A stretch of DNA of 64,000 nucleotides, taken from an uncultured bacterium. Lineage in GTDB: Bacteria > Eisenbacteria > RBG-16-71-46 > CAIMUX01 > WJJG01. The first letter of the stretch is position 1. Each line of letters begins with the position of its first letter. This document shows, one piece after another, positions 62,615-64,000 of the stretch. Where the stretch lies: contig CAZDKK010000014.1 of the NCBI GenBank assembly GCA_964506245.1, positions 21,792 through 85,791 on the forward strand. Direction: 5' to 3'. A model generated the notes under the pieces. It worked only from the letters and a program-made list of their open reading frames with translations. It ran no database searches and was not told the origin of the DNA. The position numbers were made by a program, and so were the translations under genes.

Positions 62615-64000
62615 CTACCCCTCCAATCCCAGCTCCCGCCGGATCGACCCGAAATCGAACCGCTGCCCGGCGGGCAAGCGCGCCTCGCGGTTCTCACCTT
62701 CCTTGAGCAGCAGATCGACCTGTTGCCGGCCGGCCTTGGTGCGCACGGCGGCGCGCGGCGTTTCATTGCCGAGCGCGGGGATAGGCTGGTCAATCCAGTC
62801 GGCGTAGTGTTTCGCCTTCACCGCGAGAAGAAGTTGATCCCCCTCCGCCGATCTCGGTTCGGGGGCTGTGGGCTCTGCGGCGGGCCCACCTGCGCGAAGC
62901 TGGGCCAGCGGATCGACATGCTCCCGGGTACGGTGACGAACCAGGCGCCCGAGCGACGACTCCGTGAGCGCGCGCAAGCCATCCGCTCGCTTGACCGAAT
63001 TGGTCTCGACTCGCAGCGCCTTGTCGCTGAGGACGGCTCTGCCGATGACCGTGTTCTCCCAGCTCCGATGCATCGGGTTGCCCGCTCTGGTGTAGACGTA
63101 GACCGATTCGCGATCGCCCGGCTCCGACTCATCCACGATGTCCTCGATGGACGCCAGGCGGCGCTGGATCTCCGCCCGATCAGCCGGCGCGAGCGCGAAA
63201 TGGTCGATCGTGAGCAGCAGGGGGTCGCCGTCGGTGTTCTTCAGCTCGTGCGGCTGGCGAGCCCGGATCTCCGCTTCCTCGACCGCCTCTTCCCAGCATC
63301 GGATCATGTGGCGGCCGATAGCCTCGCCCCGCAGGCGATCGATTGGCACGGCGCTCTTGCGGCGCAAACGTTGCTGCACGCGCTCGACCACATCGGCCGC
63401 ATCCCGCGGCGGGAGCGAGCGATGGTGGACGCCGCACAGCACAGACTGCTCCTGATCGTCCACGACTCGGGCCAGCAGGGCATCGCGGAGGCGCAATGAC
63501 TTCGAGGCCGTCGTCTCCCACACCGAACGGGTCTCGCCCGTGAGCAGATCCTTCAGGACCAGGCTCTTGCCCGGGTTCACCTCGAGCACTTCCCAGATCG
63601 AGAGCCAGGCGGCCCGCTGCGCGAGCAGCCAGCGGACCTCCTCCTCGGGAAGCCGGGCGCCGCGGTCTACCAGGAACCACTCCGCGATGGGCTTGCCCTC
63701 GAAGTGGTGATGGTAGAATGCCCACGGACCTACCAGCGCACCGGGCATCGACAGATCGCCGAATACTCGGGCAGGCCGCGCCATCCAGTCGGGCCCGAAG
63801 CGGCCGCGGGCGTACTGGTCCATCTGTTCCACCAACCGGCCGTCAAGATCGTGGGCCGCCGCGCGGGGCTCCTCGGTGTCGTGGCGCGCGCCGGGGTCGG
63901 CCGCGCGTGGCCGCGCTGGCCCGACCTTGTTGACGGTGAAGAGCCCGGCGGCTTGAGCCGGCAGCGTGAATCGCACTTCGATGTCCTCTTCGTCGAAGTA
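62615..64000 (-). CDS. Hypothetical protein, 5' end beyond window
   Basis: Reading frame is open to the window edge (YFDEEDIEVRFTLP...). ~460 aa visible; charged/helical; no domain recognised. Confidence 0.5.
   Translation of the reverse strand, partial: YFDEEDIEVRFTLPAQAAGLFTVNKVGPARPRAADPGARHDTEEPRAAAHDLDGRLVEQMDQYARGRFGPDWMARPARVFGDLSMPGALVGPWAFYHHHFEGKPIAEWFLVDRGARLPEEEVRWLLAQRAAWLSIWEVLEVNPGKSLVLKDLLTGETRSVWETTASKSLRLRDALLARVVDDQEQSVLCGVHHRSLPPRDAADVVERVQQRLRRKSAVPIDRLRGEAIGRHMIRCWEEAVEEAEIRARQPHELKNTDGDPLLLTIDHFALAPADRAEIQRRLASIEDIVDESEPGDRESVYVYTRAGNPMHRSWENTVIGRAVLSDKALRVETNSVKRADGLRALTESSLGRLVRHRTREHVDPLAQLRAGGPAAEPTAPEPRSAEGDQLLLAVKAKHYADWIDQPIPALGNETPRAAVRTKAGRQQVDLLLKEGENREARLPAGQRFDFGSIRRELGLEG

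Overview
This is a high-GC (roughly 68-70% by eye) bacterial chromosomal segment. It is probably from an uncultivated lineage: several secreted proteins end in a T9SS-type C-terminal sorting signature (...G.Y[FY]CRL....R.VL[KR]) and a PEP-CTERM protein is also present.

Left third (1-21 kb):
- Secreted hydrolases and surface proteins: a 5'-truncated C25 gingipain-like peptidase, two small paralogous T9SS-cargo proteins, a tail-fibre-like protein with an S74-like C-terminal chaperone, and a trypsin-like protease.
- A GT2 / LAB_N / ArnT-like lipid-linked glycosylation operon.
- A sensor histidine kinase with a YfiR-like periplasmic protein, a TonB-dependent receptor, and a beta-lactamase-family / retropepsin / PDZ fusion.

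Centre (21.4-40.1 kb):
- A defence island on the minus strand. An Hma-like module (SNF2+DUF3883 helicase, DUF1156 methyltransferase, DUF499 ATPase) is interrupted by a COG1373 AAA+ ATPase and by a complete type II CBASS operon (Cap4-like nuclease-SAVED effector, CD-NTase, Cap2 E1/E2, Cap3 JAB). The CBASS block is visibly lower in GC.
- At the island edge, a ~255-bp direct duplication of the DUF499 3' end brackets a PEP-CTERM gene and a decayed IS5-family transposase fragment.

Right third (42.7-59.5 kb): two convergent five-gene operons.
- Plus strand: three paralogous CsgG/LpoB-like periplasmic proteins, an outer-membrane beta-barrel, and a 1.38-kaa protein built from 11 Cys-containing Kre9/KNH-like repeats.
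- Minus strand: a TssK-like / TssL-like / P-loop GTPase TssM-like trio plus two unknown small proteins, with no tube or sheath genes in view.
- I flag the pair as a candidate undescribed trans-envelope system.

Two cautions. The ORF track renders GTG/TTG starts as M. Many long antisense ORFs are GC-driven artefacts.
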